NCBI GenBank assembly: GCA_047637555.1
Contig: JBLIKX010000002.1
Coordinates: 1-45,731, forward strand
DNA length: 45,731 nucleotides
From: Crocinitomicaceae bacterium
GTDB lineage: Bacteria > Patescibacteriota > Minisyncoccia > Phycocordibacterales > UBA1006
Direction: 5' to 3'
This document shows positions 17,309 through 26,985 of the stretch, in pieces; the stretch's first letter is position 1, and each line of letters starts with the position of its first letter. Position numbers and translations under genes: made by a program. Below the pieces are notes generated by a model. That model was given only the letters and a program-made list of their open reading frames with translations, ran no database searches and was not told the origin of the DNA.

Positions 17309-18634
17309 TTACTTTGCTTTTTTTGTGAGAAAGATCACATGTTCAATATGAGGGGTTTTTGGAAATAAGTTATATACTCGTGACCATGTAATATCATAAT
17401 AATCTTTTAATTCATAATAATTTTCTGCTTGAGTTTCTGGATTACATGAAATATAAATAATATATGCAGGTTGAAATTCAATAATTTTCTCTAGTGATTT
17501 TTTGGTAAGACCACTGCGTGCAGGATCAACAATAAGTATTTGATTTTCATTAATATAATCAAGAGCTTGGTCAACGTTAGATTCAGAGAATCTAAAGTTT
17601 TCTATAGCATTGTTTTTGGCGTTTTTACGTGCGTATTTGCCTGCTAGACGGCTTTGTTCTACTCCATGCACACTTTGTACTAGATAGGCCATATGAAGTC
17701 CTATAATCCCAATTCCAGCAAAAAAATCTAAGAGCTCATAATCTTTGTGGTTTGGTATGTTTTCAATAATCGTCTCGCAGTCCTGCAATATCTGAGCAAA
17801 AGCATCAGGGTAGATTTGAAAAAATTGTGTTGGATGGTATAGATATTTTTTTTCAAGAATTTTTTCAGTAATTTCTATGTTTCCAGTAATATAGAAATCT
17901 TTGGTTGTGGCTGAGCTACGATTTCCGTACGTTGAATGAGAGACAATAATACCTTGAAGTTCTGGGTGTTGTTGGGTTAATTTTTCTAGTTCAGATTTTT
18001 TCCAAGGTAATTTTTTTCGACTTGTTTCAGTGACCAGTATTTGAGCAACAACTGTATTGGTGTGATAGGAGTATCGCAATGTCAGGTATTTAAGTGTTTT
18101 AATATTTACACTTTTCTGATTAAAAAAATGAAGAAATTGTTTTCCAATTTTATTAATAATAGGATGAACAAGAATATTTTCTAATTGAGTAATTTTACCT
18201 GATTTTGCAATACCTCGAGTAAAGAGGGTAAATGATATTTTTTTATTTTGATCATACGTAAAGGCATAAGCTGCCTTGTTTCGATAATGATTTGATAGAG
18301 ACCCTGGCTTTAAAATATCTGATTTAATTTTTATGTCTATTTGGTTATAAATATTTTTAACCAAAGATAATTTTTCATTATTTTCATGCTCTTGATCAAG
18401 ATACTGCCAAGGTGCATTAGGGTCAAAAAATGGTGATTCTGTGGGTATAAATGTTCGATGTGGGGATGCATCAACAATACTGAGTAACTCTGCATAAATA
18501 ATACCTTCTGCTTCTTTGTATATTTGGGCCTTGATAGTTTCACCAGGGAATGCTCCAAGGACATACCAACCTTTCTCAGTAATTCCGTGACCGGTAGGTG
18601 CGAATGAAGTAATTTTTACACTATTAGGATGCAT
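17309..18634 (-). CDS. RNA (uracil-5-)-methyltransferase, RumA/TrmA family
   Basis: SAM-MTase motifs LLDFFAGIGIIG and DPARSGL, with the catalytic Cys in ISCNP. The RumA Fe-S cysteines (CGGC) appear replaced (NAPWQYL). Confidence 0.8.
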   Translation of the reverse strand: MHPNSVKITSFAPTGHGITEKGWYVLGAFPGETIKAQIYKEAEGIIYAELLSIVDASPHRTFIPTESPFFDPNAPWQYLDQEHENNEKLSLVKNIYNQIDIKIKSDILKPGSLSNHYRNKAAYAFTYDQNKKISFTLFTRGIAKSGKITQLENILVHPIINKIGKQFLHFFNQKSVNIKTLKYLTLRYSYHTNTVVAQILVTETSRKKLPWKKSELEKLTQQHPELQGIIVSHSTYGNRSSATTKDFYITGNIEITEKILEKKYLYHPTQFFQIYPDAFAQILQDCETIIENIPNHKDYELLDFFAGIGIIGLHMAYLVQSVHGVEQSRLAGKYARKNAKNNAIENFRFSESNVDQALDYINENQILIVDPARSGLTKKSLEKIIEFQPAYIIYISCNPETQAENYYELKDYYDITWSRVYNLFPKTPHIEHVIFLTKKAK

Positions 18635-18779
18635 AATAGTAATGTACCTGTTTTAGCTAATAATAAAAGACCCCAACCGTTAATAGAAAGCTTGCAATTA
18701 CATTATTGATTTAAGGGTAAAACACTTCTCACAAAAAAGTTATTTTTGAAAAAAATAACCATTCCTGTACTATAGAGAG

Positions 18780-21338
18780 ATGCAACAAAACGAATACAAT
18801 CCATCAGATATTGAAAAAAAATGGCAACAATACTGGCAGGAAAATAATATCTACAAAGTACTTGATAATGTAGAGGGAAGGCAAAATTTCTATACTCTAT
18901 CGGAATTTTCTTATCCATCAGGAAATCTTCATGTTGGTCATTGGTATGCTTTTGCGGTACCTGACATTTATGCACGCTATAAACGCATGTCCGGTTACAA
19001 TGTTTTGTACCCTATGGGATTTGATTCATTTGGACTTCCTGCAGAAAACGCTGCAATCAAACGAGGACTAGATCCTCAAAAATGGACCTATGAGAACATG
19101 GAATATATGAAAACTCAACTGCGTTCCATGGGTGCAATGTTTGATTGGGACCGAAGTCTTACAACATCAGATCCAGAATACTATCGTTGGACACAGTGGA
19201 TGTTCAATGAGTTTTTTAAAAGTGATCTTGTATACAAAGATGTTACAAAAACTAACTGGTGCGAATCGTGCAAAACAGTTTTGGCAAATGAACAAGTTGT
19301 TGCCGGAGAATGCGAACGTTGCGGAAAGGATGTTATTCAAAAAGACATGGCACAATGGATGCTCAAGATTACAGAATTTGCAGATGCTCTTCATGATGAT
19401 TTGGATACTCTAGATTGGGATCACTCAATCAAGGCTGCACAACGAGAATGGATTGGAAGAAAAGAAGGCTCTTTAATTTCATTTAATATTAAAGAGCAAG
19501 ATGCTACAGATTCTATACAAGTTTTCACAACTCGTGCAGATACATTATTTGGAGCAACATATGTAGTTCTGGCTCCAGAAAATCAGATGGTTCATAATCT
19601 ACAATCTCAAATTACGAACTGGGATGAGGTTGAAACATATCTAAAAGAAGTCGAAAAGAAATCAGATCTTGACCGTCAACAAACAAAGGAAAAAACAGGA
19701 GTTCAATTAAAAGGAATATTGGCAATAAACCCGGCTACAAATAAGCCGGTATCTGTGTGGATTGCTGACTATGTGTTAGCTCATTTCGGAACAGGTGCCG
19801 TGATGGCGGTTCCTGCTCATGACGAACGTGATGCAGAATTTGCTATTAAATACGATTTACCTTTTAAATTTGTTTGTTTACCTTCTGCTGGTGAAGTTGG
19901 CCGTTCAAAACCACTCATTACTTCAGGTGAGAATACCTTTATTTTGGCTGCAGGAACGACCAAAATTAAGGGAACCCAAGACCAAATTAATGAAGAGTGG
20001 AATGTTATGTATGATTTACTTGGAACTGTAGGTGATGGTGATCTTCCAAAGGGAAAACGTTTTTCGTGTTCTCAAGAGGGAAAACTTATTAATTCTGCAG
20101 CTCAGGTAAATGGAAAAACCTCAGAAGAAGCGCGAAAAATAATAACTGAGATAGTCGGTGGTAAAATTACCAAAACCTATCGATTACGTGATTGGGGAAT
20201 TTCTCGTCAGCGATACTGGGGAACACCAATTCCAATTGTGTATGACCCAAAAGGCAATGCTCATGCAGTTCCTGATGAACATTTACCATGGATATTACCT
20301 ACAGACGTAGACTTCACCCCTGATGGAACATCACCACTCGCACGATCAGAAGAACTAAAAAAACGAACTGTGGAAATATTTGGAGAAGGTTGGGTTCCAG
20401 AAGTTGATACTATGGATACCTTTGTTGATTCATCATGGTATTTCTATCGCTATTTAGATAACAAGAATGAAACAGAATTTGCATCACAAGAATCATTGAA
20501 ATCTTGGTTGCCAGTTGATATGTATTTTGGGGGAGCAGAACATACAACTATGCACCTTCTGTATAGTCGATTCTGGGTAAAAGCTCTACATAAGATTGGA
20601 CTTGTTACAGCAAATGAACCTTATAAGGCACGATTAAACCGAGGTCTTATTCTTGGGACAGACGGAACAAAGATGTCTAAATCAAAAGGTAATGTTATTG
20701 ATCCAGACGAAGTGGTAGCGCATGTTGGTGCAGATACAGTTCGCATGTATCTCGCATTCATTGGTCCATTTAACGAACCAGGGAATTATCCATGGGATCC
20801 GAATGGAGTTGTAGGAATAAAGCGTTTCTTGGAGCGTGTTTGGCGCTTGCAGAATAAAATTATTTCACTTGAAGATGAATCTGAAAGAACTAGGTCTGAT
20901 TTATATGAAATGACTCATAAGGTTAATGTGGATACTCATCGACTAAAGTTCAACACTGCCATTTCTGCAATGATGATTTACGTAAAAAAAGCAGAAAAAT
21001 CATCTGGAATTTCCATGGAGTCATATGAGGTCCTACTTAGACTGCTTGCTCCATATGCACCTCACATGACTGAAGAGTTGTGGATGCAAAATAATACTGA
21101 ATCTATTCATATATCAGATTGGCCAAAATTTAATAATACTCTAGATACATCAATGAAAGCATTACCAATTCAAATAAACGGAAAGGTTCGTGCGCAGATT
21201 GTCATTGAAGAAGGTGAAAGTAAAGACGATTTGCAATCTAGAGTTCTTGAGATGGAGGATGTTAAAAAATGGACAGACGGTAATGAAGTAAGAAAATTTA
21301 TTCATGTTCCAGGAAAAATCATTAACCTTGTTATTTAG
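18780..21338 (+). CDS. leuS: Leucine--tRNA ligase
   Basis: HIGH motif (HVGHWY), KMSKS motif (KMSKSKGN), CP1 editing domain (TTRADTLFGATYVVLAPE) and a Zn-binding CESC...CERC. Confidence 0.95.
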   Translation: MQQNEYNPSDIEKKWQQYWQENNIYKVLDNVEGRQNFYTLSEFSYPSGNLHVGHWYAFAVPDIYARYKRMSGYNVLYPMGFDSFGLPAENAAIKRGLDPQKWTYENMEYMKTQLRSMGAMFDWDRSLTTSDPEYYRWTQWMFNEFFKSDLVYKDVTKTNWCESCKTVLANEQVVAGECERCGKDVIQKDMAQWMLKITEFADALHDDLDTLDWDHSIKAAQREWIGRKEGSLISFNIKEQDATDSIQVFTTRADTLFGATYVVLAPENQMVHNLQSQITNWDEVETYLKEVEKKSDLDRQQTKEKTGVQLKGILAINPATNKPVSVWIADYVLAHFGTGAVMAVPAHDERDAEFAIKYDLPFKFVCLPSAGEVGRSKPLITSGENTFILAAGTTKIKGTQDQINEEWNVMYDLLGTVGDGDLPKGKRFSCSQEGKLINSAAQVNGKTSEEARKIITEIVGGKITKTYRLRDWGISRQRYWGTPIPIVYDPKGNAHAVPDEHLPWILPTDVDFTPDGTSPLARSEELKKRTVEIFGEGWVPEVDTMDTFVDSSWYFYRYLDNKNETEFASQESLKSWLPVDMYFGGAEHTTMHLLYSRFWVKALHKIGLVTANEPYKARLNRGLILGTDGTKMSKSKGNVIDPDEVVAHVGADTVRMYLAFIGPFNEPGNYPWDPNGVVGIKRFLERVWRLQNKIISLEDESERTRSDLYEMTHKVNVDTHRLKFNTAISAMMIYVKKAEKSSGISMESYEVLLRLLAPYAPHMTEELWMQNNTESIHISDWPKFNNTLDTSMKALPIQINGKVRAQIVIEEGESKDDLQSRVLEMEDVKKWTDGNEVRKFIHVPGKIINLVI

Positions 21339-21417
21339 ATTTGACCTATATAAAAACACCTTGTGTGAGGTGATTTAATTATTGCTTTCATTATAATTCA
21401 TTGTATATTAAATATAT

Positions 21418-21969
21418 ATGAATAAATCAATTAATATGATTATTACCATCCTAGCATTAGTAATTTTGGTAGGTACCCTTTTCTCTTTAATTAATAATAA
21501 AGATAGGAATATTCCAGAAACCACTGAGCGGGTAGAGATTATTGATGGCAAGGAAGTAGTCATAGACCATCCTTTGACTGAATCATTCTCAAGCGAAGAA
21601 TCAAATAGAGAGAGTGGTGAATCAAAAGCTCAAGTTGCCACTACCTCTAAGTCATTTAATTCATTTACTAATTACGTAAAAGATACCGTAGTAAAACCTT
21701 TTACACTTGGTTTTTATTATCTTAAGAATTTTACAGGAAACAAAACTATTGCAGACTGTACGCTTCTTAATAAAACAAAAGAAGAAGACAGAGAAAATAT
21801 AGAATATAATGTAGAGAACTTTAGATTGAACAATATTCAAATCCAAAACAAAGAATTCTATCTCTTTGTTGATGCTGATGAGGTACCAAAAGACCTCTGC
21901 GCACAGGTTATTCAATTTAAAACTTATACTAGTGATATAGCAAATGCTATTCATGTAATTATTAACTAA
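21418..21969 (+). CDS. Hypothetical membrane-anchored/secreted protein
   Basis: N-terminal hydrophobic anchor MIITILALVILVGTLFSLI. The remainder has no recognisable motif. Confidence 0.5.
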   Translation: MNKSINMIITILALVILVGTLFSLINNKDRNIPETTERVEIIDGKEVVIDHPLTESFSSEESNRESGESKAQVATTSKSFNSFTNYVKDTVVKPFTLGFYYLKNFTGNKTIADCTLLNKTKEEDRENIEYNVENFRLNNIQIQNKEFYLFVDADEVPKDLCAQVIQFKTYTSDIANAIHVIIN

Positions 21970-21972
21970 AAT

Positions 21973-21996
21973 AAAAACTAGCTCTGACTAGTTTTT
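21973..21996. terminator. Bidirectional terminator between the convergent hypothetical gene and trxB
   Basis: Stem AAAAACTAG/CTAGTTTTT with a 6-nt loop. Confidence 0.55.
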
Positions 21997-21999
21997 ATT

Positions 22000-22926
22000 T
22001 TATGCGTGAAGATAAATATAAATATCTTCAAGTGCCTTTACTGCATCTCCTGCTGAAATATTATTTTGATGATATTTTACGTCGGTGACATCTCCTGCTG
22101 CCCAGATCCCTTCAACTGAAGTTTTCTGAGTATAGGGGTCTGCAATAATTTGATTGTGTTGATTCAACTCAACTAGATTTCTCACAATTCCAGAATTTGG
22201 TAACTGACCAATCTCAACAAACACACCTTTCACTTTTAGTGTGTGTTGTTCTTTGGTAACAAGATCTTCATAGATAAGTCCATCCACAAAGTTTTCTCCA
22301 GTTACTTCAAGACTACTCGCATTTAATATCCCGGTCATTTTTTCATTTGCAAGAACTTTTTCAACAGTGATTGGGTCAGCTCGGTATTCACCGCTACGTT
22401 GCAACAAAGTTACTGACTTACAATAGGCCAATAACTGTGCAGCTGATTCAAATCCGGCATTTCCCCCTCCAATAACAACAACATCCATATCAGAAAACAA
22501 TGGTCCGTCACATGAGGCGCAATAGGTGAGCCCTTTGTGCTCAAGTCTTTCAGCACCTTTGGCGGGTAACTTACGACGTACTGAGCCCGTTGCAATGAAA
22601 ATAGTTTTTGTGTGAAATTCTTTCCCGTTATTATTAGTCACCGTGAATGTGCTATCATCATTTTTTAAGATTTCTTTTGCTCGAGTCCCAGTCATTAGTG
22701 TAAGAGTCTCGCCATCTTCATAGTATTCTAGGTGGGCCTTAAAAGATACAGCGAGTTCACGTCCCCCTATCTCGGGACTTCCAATCCAGTTGTAAATGGT
22801 TTCAGATACCACTGATTGACCTCCAAATTCTTCTGCAATAAGGAGTGTTTTTAATTTTTTACGAGCCGCGTAGACTCCAGCCGCTGTTCCTGCAGGTCCA
22901 GCTCCAATGATTATAAGATCGTACAT
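22000..22926 (-). CDS. trxB: Thioredoxin-disulfide reductase
   Basis: FAD motif IIGAGPAGTAAG, redox-active CASCDG, NADPH motif GGGNAGFE and the C-terminal GIWAAGDV. Confidence 0.9.
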   Translation of the reverse strand: MYDLIIIGAGPAGTAAGVYAARKKLKTLLIAEEFGGQSVVSETIYNWIGSPEIGGRELAVSFKAHLEYYEDGETLTLMTGTRAKEILKNDDSTFTVTNNNGKEFHTKTIFIATGSVRRKLPAKGAERLEHKGLTYCASCDGPLFSDMDVVVIGGGNAGFESAAQLLAYCKSVTLLQRSGEYRADPITVEKVLANEKMTGILNASSLEVTGENFVDGLIYEDLVTKEQHTLKVKGVFVEIGQLPNSGIVRNLVELNQHNQIIADPYTQKTSVEGIWAAGDVTDVKYHQNNISAGDAVKALEDIYIYLHA

Positions 22927-23011
22927 AATGATTATTTTTGATTATGTGTTATTAATAACTAATTAAATAGTATCACCCTAGTATATATCAGCACAAAGTA
23001 GTGTATAGATA

Positions 23012-23039
23012 TTGACAAAAAAGGAAAAAATGATATTAT
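23012..23039 (+). promoter_or_regulatory. Near-consensus sigma70-type promoter (TTGACA-16 nt-TGaTATTAT)
   Basis: Read directly from the sequence. The predicted leader to the ATG at 23119 is about 73 nt and contains an AGTTAC...GTAACT stem enclosing AGGTAG/CTATCT. Confidence 0.6.
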
Positions 23040-23118
23040 ACATATAAAATACAAATTTAAGAGTTACTAATGTAGGTAGTTTTTGTGTCTATCTTGGTAA
23101 CTTTTAAATTATCAGACA

Positions 23119-23916
23119 ATGAAATATAAATTAGTAATTACTCATAATGGTAAGTTCCATACAGATGAATTATCATCAGATGCACTAGGCCGTGTTCTGA
23201 AAGTTATTCAATTTGATGCTCCAATAGAGCGTAGAAAACGTGGAAATATCACAGATGAAGAATTTTACGATCCAACTATACTTATTTTAGATATAGGGGA
23301 ACGTTACCAACCAGAACTAGGAAATTTTGATCATCATCAAGACCCAGATCTTGAAGCTACAAATATGTTAGTTTTAAGATATTGGTGCGAAGATAAACAA
23401 ATATTTGTTGAACACATGTCCAGAAAGTTATTTAAATATATCTCTGACTTAGATCGTGGTTTACGTGATAGACGGACGGAAACTGCAGGTTTTACCGCTG
23501 TTATTAGAAATTATAATGGATATGGAGAAGCTGGTTTTGAAAAGGCTCGAGAGCTGATTATGCTTATGCTAAAGGGGTATATTCATACCGCACATAACAC
23601 CATTAAGACTCAAAAAAAATGGCCAAATTTTGAACGTGTATCTAGTGGTAAAATTGCCATCATGAAACCAGGAGATCGTTTTGTGATTGACTGGCAAGAT
23701 CTTGCAGAAGAAGATGGTGTTTATTTGTTATTGTTGCCAAATAAGGATGACAAGACCATGTATAATATTATGGTTCGAGATACTAGGATATTAACAATAT
23801 CAAAACATCTAGATCAAAAGTATCTTCATTACAAAGGATTCTTAGGTACATATAAGTCATATGAAGCAGCAGTCAAACACGCAAAGCAAATGGTACGAAG
23901 TTTACCTGTAAAATAA
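23119..23916 (+). CDS. MYG1/UPF0160-family metal-dependent phosphoesterase/exonuclease-like protein
   Basis: N-terminal THNGKFHTDE (residues 8-17) and LDIGERYQPELGNFDHHQ (residues 57-74) match the MYG1 signatures H.G.FH.DE and DVGG.YD....FDHHQ. Confidence 0.7.
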   Translation: MKYKLVITHNGKFHTDELSSDALGRVLKVIQFDAPIERRKRGNITDEEFYDPTILILDIGERYQPELGNFDHHQDPDLEATNMLVLRYWCEDKQIFVEHMSRKLFKYISDLDRGLRDRRTETAGFTAVIRNYNGYGEAGFEKARELIMLMLKGYIHTAHNTIKTQKKWPNFERVSSGKIAIMKPGDRFVIDWQDLAEEDGVYLLLLPNKDDKTMYNIMVRDTRILTISKHLDQKYLHYKGFLGTYKSYEAAVKHAKQMVRSLPVK

Positions 23917-23927
23917 AATACTCATTC

Positions 23928-23955
23928 AGACCCACTATATTCTAGTGGGTCTTTT
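23928..23955 (+). terminator. Strong intrinsic terminator
   Basis: A 10-bp stem AGACCCACTA/TAGTGGGTCT with a 5-nt loop and a T-run. Confidence 0.75.
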
Positions 23956-23957
23956 AC

Positions 23958-23986
23958 TTGACATAATATATAATACAGTGTATATT
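23958..23986 (+). promoter_or_regulatory. Consensus-like promoter (TTGACA-17 nt-TATATT)
   Basis: Read directly from the sequence, immediately after the terminator. The leader to the ATG at 24067 is about 74 nt. Confidence 0.55.
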
Positions 23987-24066
23987 ACAAACAGATTAAA
24001 TAAGTCTTATAATTTTGTAAGCAAGGTAATGTCGAAACCTGACAAGAGACACAAAAAATTTAAGAA

Positions 24067-24534
24067 ATGGCAAAGTTAGAAATTAAAGAACAGGGAACAA
24101 GTAAGGCAAATTACAAAACATCAAATCTAAATAAGCCCGTATCGGATTATCATGAGGTAGAATCAGTTAAATCTTGCTATCTTTGGACAGGTGAAATGGA
24201 TAAAGTTAAAAAATTACCTAATGGTTTGTTTAGAAGATGTTATGTCATCAAAACAGGGTATAAGCGTTATATTAACTTTACCTTACTTGCTAAAAGTAAG
24301 GATTCACTAAAATGCTTAGAAAAAGGTGAAAGAGTAAAAGTTTCCTTACAAATAATCCGTAAGGATACTCCTGGTGCAGATAATGTAACTCATAGCAATG
24401 TAGTTATATGGGGTACATTAATTCCACAGTTAGTTAAGTTAACTGGGTCAGTAAAGTTTACAAAAAACCAATTAGAAGGATGGGGAGGGTATGAAAATCC
24501 GCAAGGTTGGTATACAAATGTAAAGCAATTTTAA
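24067..24534 (+). CDS. Hypothetical protein (155 aa), no recognisable family
   Basis: An intact ORF bracketed by its own promoter and terminator. It is basic with a beta-rich composition, and I see no motif. Confidence 0.5.
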   Translation: MAKLEIKEQGTSKANYKTSNLNKPVSDYHEVESVKSCYLWTGEMDKVKKLPNGLFRRCYVIKTGYKRYINFTLLAKSKDSLKCLEKGERVKVSLQIIRKDTPGADNVTHSNVVIWGTLIPQLVKLTGSVKFTKNQLEGWGGYENPQGWYTNVKQF

Positions 24535-24557
24535 TTAAAATTGCTTACCATAGAATA

Positions 24558-24587
24558 ATACCCAAGTAATTTAAATTACTTGGGTAT
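24558..24587. terminator. Bidirectional terminator (perfect 30-bp palindrome)
   Basis: ATACCCAAGTAATTT|AAATTACTTGGGTAT lies between the convergent 155-aa and 366-aa genes. Confidence 0.7.
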
Positions 24588-24597
24588 TTCTAATGGT

Positions 24598-25698
24598 CTA
24601 CTGGGACTCTCGAGCTTGTTTAATTAATGTAGCTAAATCAAATGAAAAGTCATCGTTTTTTTTAGACGTATTTTTTTGTGATTTAATTCTTAAAGTATTT
24701 ATTTTATTGCTTTGAGATTCTTTGGGAATAGGGGACCAGGTTAACTCTGAAAGCCCTTCATTTAATACTTCTATGAATTGTTCCTTACTGATAGTCGTTG
24801 CACTTACGCCGTCTGGATTAACACCTCCATTTTGGATAGTGTTGGTAGCTGTATCATAGTACCATTGCTGTAATTCAGGAATTTTCCCATACTGTGCTAA
24901 ATCTTTATCTGAATATTTATGTTCAATTTGAAGGTTACTTAATTCCATTGTTCTAATTCTGTGAGTGAGACTACGCAGATCAATTCGTTTTGTTGGTCTC
25001 GTAAGTATGTTTGCGTGACCTGTTTCTTGTAACTGTAAAACGACATCATACGCACCACCTATTTTCGAGCGTAGGAACCCAGCAATGGTTGGAATATTTG
25101 TCTCAACGATAATAACACTAAGGTTCTTTTTTCGTTGTTTAATTATAAACGTATTTATTTTATTTTCTAATTTCAGTTGTTCAACTAAAGCAGGAATTAC
25201 TTTTGTACGTTGCTCTTCTTCATGATGATGTGCAGCCAGTAAGGGAATAATATTTTGTACAACATGGGTTGGATTATCTGAATACGTTTTATTGAGACAT
25301 GTAAGTAGCCCCGGAAGACCAAAAGCCCTATCAAGTGGGTCTTTTGAAATTGTTCCCTTACCGTAAAAATCATCACGTTCAGCAAGTTCTAGTAGTTTTA
25401 TTATTGATTGATCTTCCGTTATTTCGAGGTACTCTGCAACAAGTTTTGCAACGGTAGTTTTTTCTGATTGATTATGGTGATCAAAGATTCCCTTACCAGT
25501 ATCAATAGCAATAGTTCCTTGTTTCCATAATTCTATATCAGAGACATCAGGAGAGTTAGGATTCATTTCAATTTTCAGGTCAGATATGTTGAATGTTTCA
25601 CCTCCATAGCGTACAAGTAAATATATTGCAATACAGGTATCGGTTTGTGGACGCACAGGTAAAATTATAGTATTTATGTCGTACATAATGTTTATCAT
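24598..25698 (-). CDS. Hypothetical protein with a DHH/MYG1-like N-terminal motif (366 aa)
   Basis: Residues 65-76, IDTGKGIFDHHN, resemble the MYG1 (D.GG......FDHHQ) and DHH phosphoesterase metal site. The first MYG1 motif is degenerate (RPQTDT instead of H.DE). The rest is unrecognised. An alternative start lies at 25686. Confidence 0.5.
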   Translation of the reverse strand: MINIMYDINTIILPVRPQTDTCIAIYLLVRYGGETFNISDLKIEMNPNSPDVSDIELWKQGTIAIDTGKGIFDHHNQSEKTTVAKLVAEYLEITEDQSIIKLLELAERDDFYGKGTISKDPLDRAFGLPGLLTCLNKTYSDNPTHVVQNIIPLLAAHHHEEEQRTKVIPALVEQLKLENKINTFIIKQRKKNLSVIIVETNIPTIAGFLRSKIGGAYDVVLQLQETGHANILTRPTKRIDLRSLTHRIRTMELSNLQIEHKYSDKDLAQYGKIPELQQWYYDTATNTIQNGGVNPDGVSATTISKEQFIEVLNEGLSELTWSPIPKESQSNKINTLRIKSQKNTSKKNDDFSFDLATLIKQARESQ

Positions 25699-25721
25699 AT
25701 CATATTTAATTCTTCATTTAC

Positions 25722-25751
25722 AAAAAAAAGACACAATATTGTGTCTTTTTT
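25722..25751 (-). terminator. Intrinsic terminator after ftsZ
   Basis: The minus strand reads AAAAAAGACACAATATTGTGTCTTTTTTTT, a palindromic 10-bp stem followed by eight T residues. Confidence 0.75.
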
Positions 25752-25752
25752 A

Positions 25753-26898
25753 CTACTTCCTTCCTCCTCGACGCAAGAATGCTGGTACCGCTGACCAGTC
25801 TTCTTCATTGTCATCAATTTCTTCTATTTCTTCTATTTCTTCAGTTTCCTTCTTAATGTTATTTTTTAGTGGTTTTTCCTCAGAAGGCATTGGTTCTGTT
25901 TCATTTTTTTTGAATGCATTAAATGCTGGTTTTTTTGTCTGTACGCCATCAAAACCTGTAGCAATTACGGTAACCTTGATTTCACCATTTTTTAGTTTAT
26001 TATCCCGAATTGTTCCAAAAATAACTCGAGCAGTTGAATCAATAGATTCAGTAATGATTGATGCAATTTCGTTTACTTCGTTCATAGTCAGATCGTCTCC
26101 ACCAGAGATAGCAAAGAGAACACCTTTTGCTCCATCAATAGCAATATCTAATAGAGGAGAGTTAATTGCCTCAAGTGCAGCGTCTTTACCTCGGTTTTCA
26201 CCAGATGCACGTCCAATACCCATAAATGCAGCACCAGTGTCAGATAGGGTTGTTTGAATGTCAGCATAATCAATATTGATAATACCTGGAGTGGTAATCA
26301 ATTCAGAAATTCCTTCAACCGCTTGTTTTAAAATATCGTCTGAAATATCGAATGCTTCTTTAAAACTCATATCGTCTCCAGCAATAGAAAGTAATCGATC
26401 GTTTGGAATAGTAATCAAGGCATCAACCTCTTTTTCCAGAGCTTCAATACCTGCTTCTGCAATGCGTCGTCGTTGTTCTCCTTCAAAGGCAAAAGGTTTT
26501 GTAACTACTCCTATGGTAAGGATTCCTTGTTCTTTTGATGTTCGAGCAACAACAGGAGAGGCTCCTGTACCTGTTCCACCTCCCATACCAGCAGCCACAA
26601 AGACCATGTCGGCTCCTTTCATGGCTTCTTGGATTTCTGCTTTAGTTTCTTCTGCTGCTGCCTGTCCAATTTCTGGGTTCATCCCTGAACCTAAACCTTT
26701 GGTAAGGTTTTTTCCGATATGTATTTTTTTTGTAGCATGTGAGTGATGAAGGTCTTGGGTATCTGTGTTTACCGCAATAAATTCAACTCCTGTGATTTTA
26801 GCGTCAATCATATGATTAACAGCATTTGTTCCTCCTCCTCCAACACCGATTACTTTGATCCGTGCGAATGTTTCAATTTCTGGGTTAATTTTTGGCAT
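25753..26898 (-). CDS. ftsZ: Cell division GTPase FtsZ
   Basis: Tubulin signature GMGGGTGTGASPVVA. An acidic linker with EEI repeats precedes the conserved C-terminal peptide DWSAVPAFLRRGG. Confidence 0.95.
   Translation of the reverse strand: MPKINPEIETFARIKVIGVGGGGTNAVNHMIDAKITGVEFIAVNTDTQDLHHSHATKKIHIGKNLTKGLGSGMNPEIGQAAAEETKAEIQEAMKGADMVFVAAGMGGGTGTGASPVVARTSKEQGILTIGVVTKPFAFEGEQRRRIAEAGIEALEKEVDALITIPNDRLLSIAGDDMSFKEAFDISDDILKQAVEGISELITTPGIINIDYADIQTTLSDTGAAFMGIGRASGENRGKDAALEAINSPLLDIAIDGAKGVLFAISGGDDLTMNEVNEIASIITESIDSTARVIFGTIRDNKLKNGEIKVTVIATGFDGVQTKKPAFNAFKKNETEPMPSEEKPLKNNIKKETEEIEEIEEIDDNEEDWSAVPAFLRRGGRK
25817..25843 (-). repeat. 3 x 9-nt in-frame tandem repeat in the FtsZ C-terminal linker
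   Basis: The plus strand reads ATTTCTTCT ATTTCTTCT ATTTCTTCA, encoding E-E-I repeats. Confidence 0.85.
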
Positions 26899-26985
26899 AA
26901 TAGTATAGGTAATATAAATTAATCGATAGCTTTATTCTAGCAAAATAGCTTACTACTGCAAGACCTTTGTAAGCATTTAAAATCT

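Noticed and set aside
18635-18779. A possible T-box or other riboswitch leader upstream of leuS (and likewise lysS).
   Set aside because: The leuS leader space is only about 145 bp of divergent promoter, with a -10 box 6 nt from the ATG. lysS starts 4 nt after greA. I saw no T-box specifier or antiterminator sequence.
25676-26746. Two long plus-strand ORFs (193 aa at 25676-26257 and 156 aa at 26276-26746).
   Set aside because: Both lie entirely antisense to ftsZ, whose identity is unambiguous. Their products are low-complexity and S/A/P/I-rich, typical of shadow ORFs opposite a Gly/Ala/Thr-rich gene.
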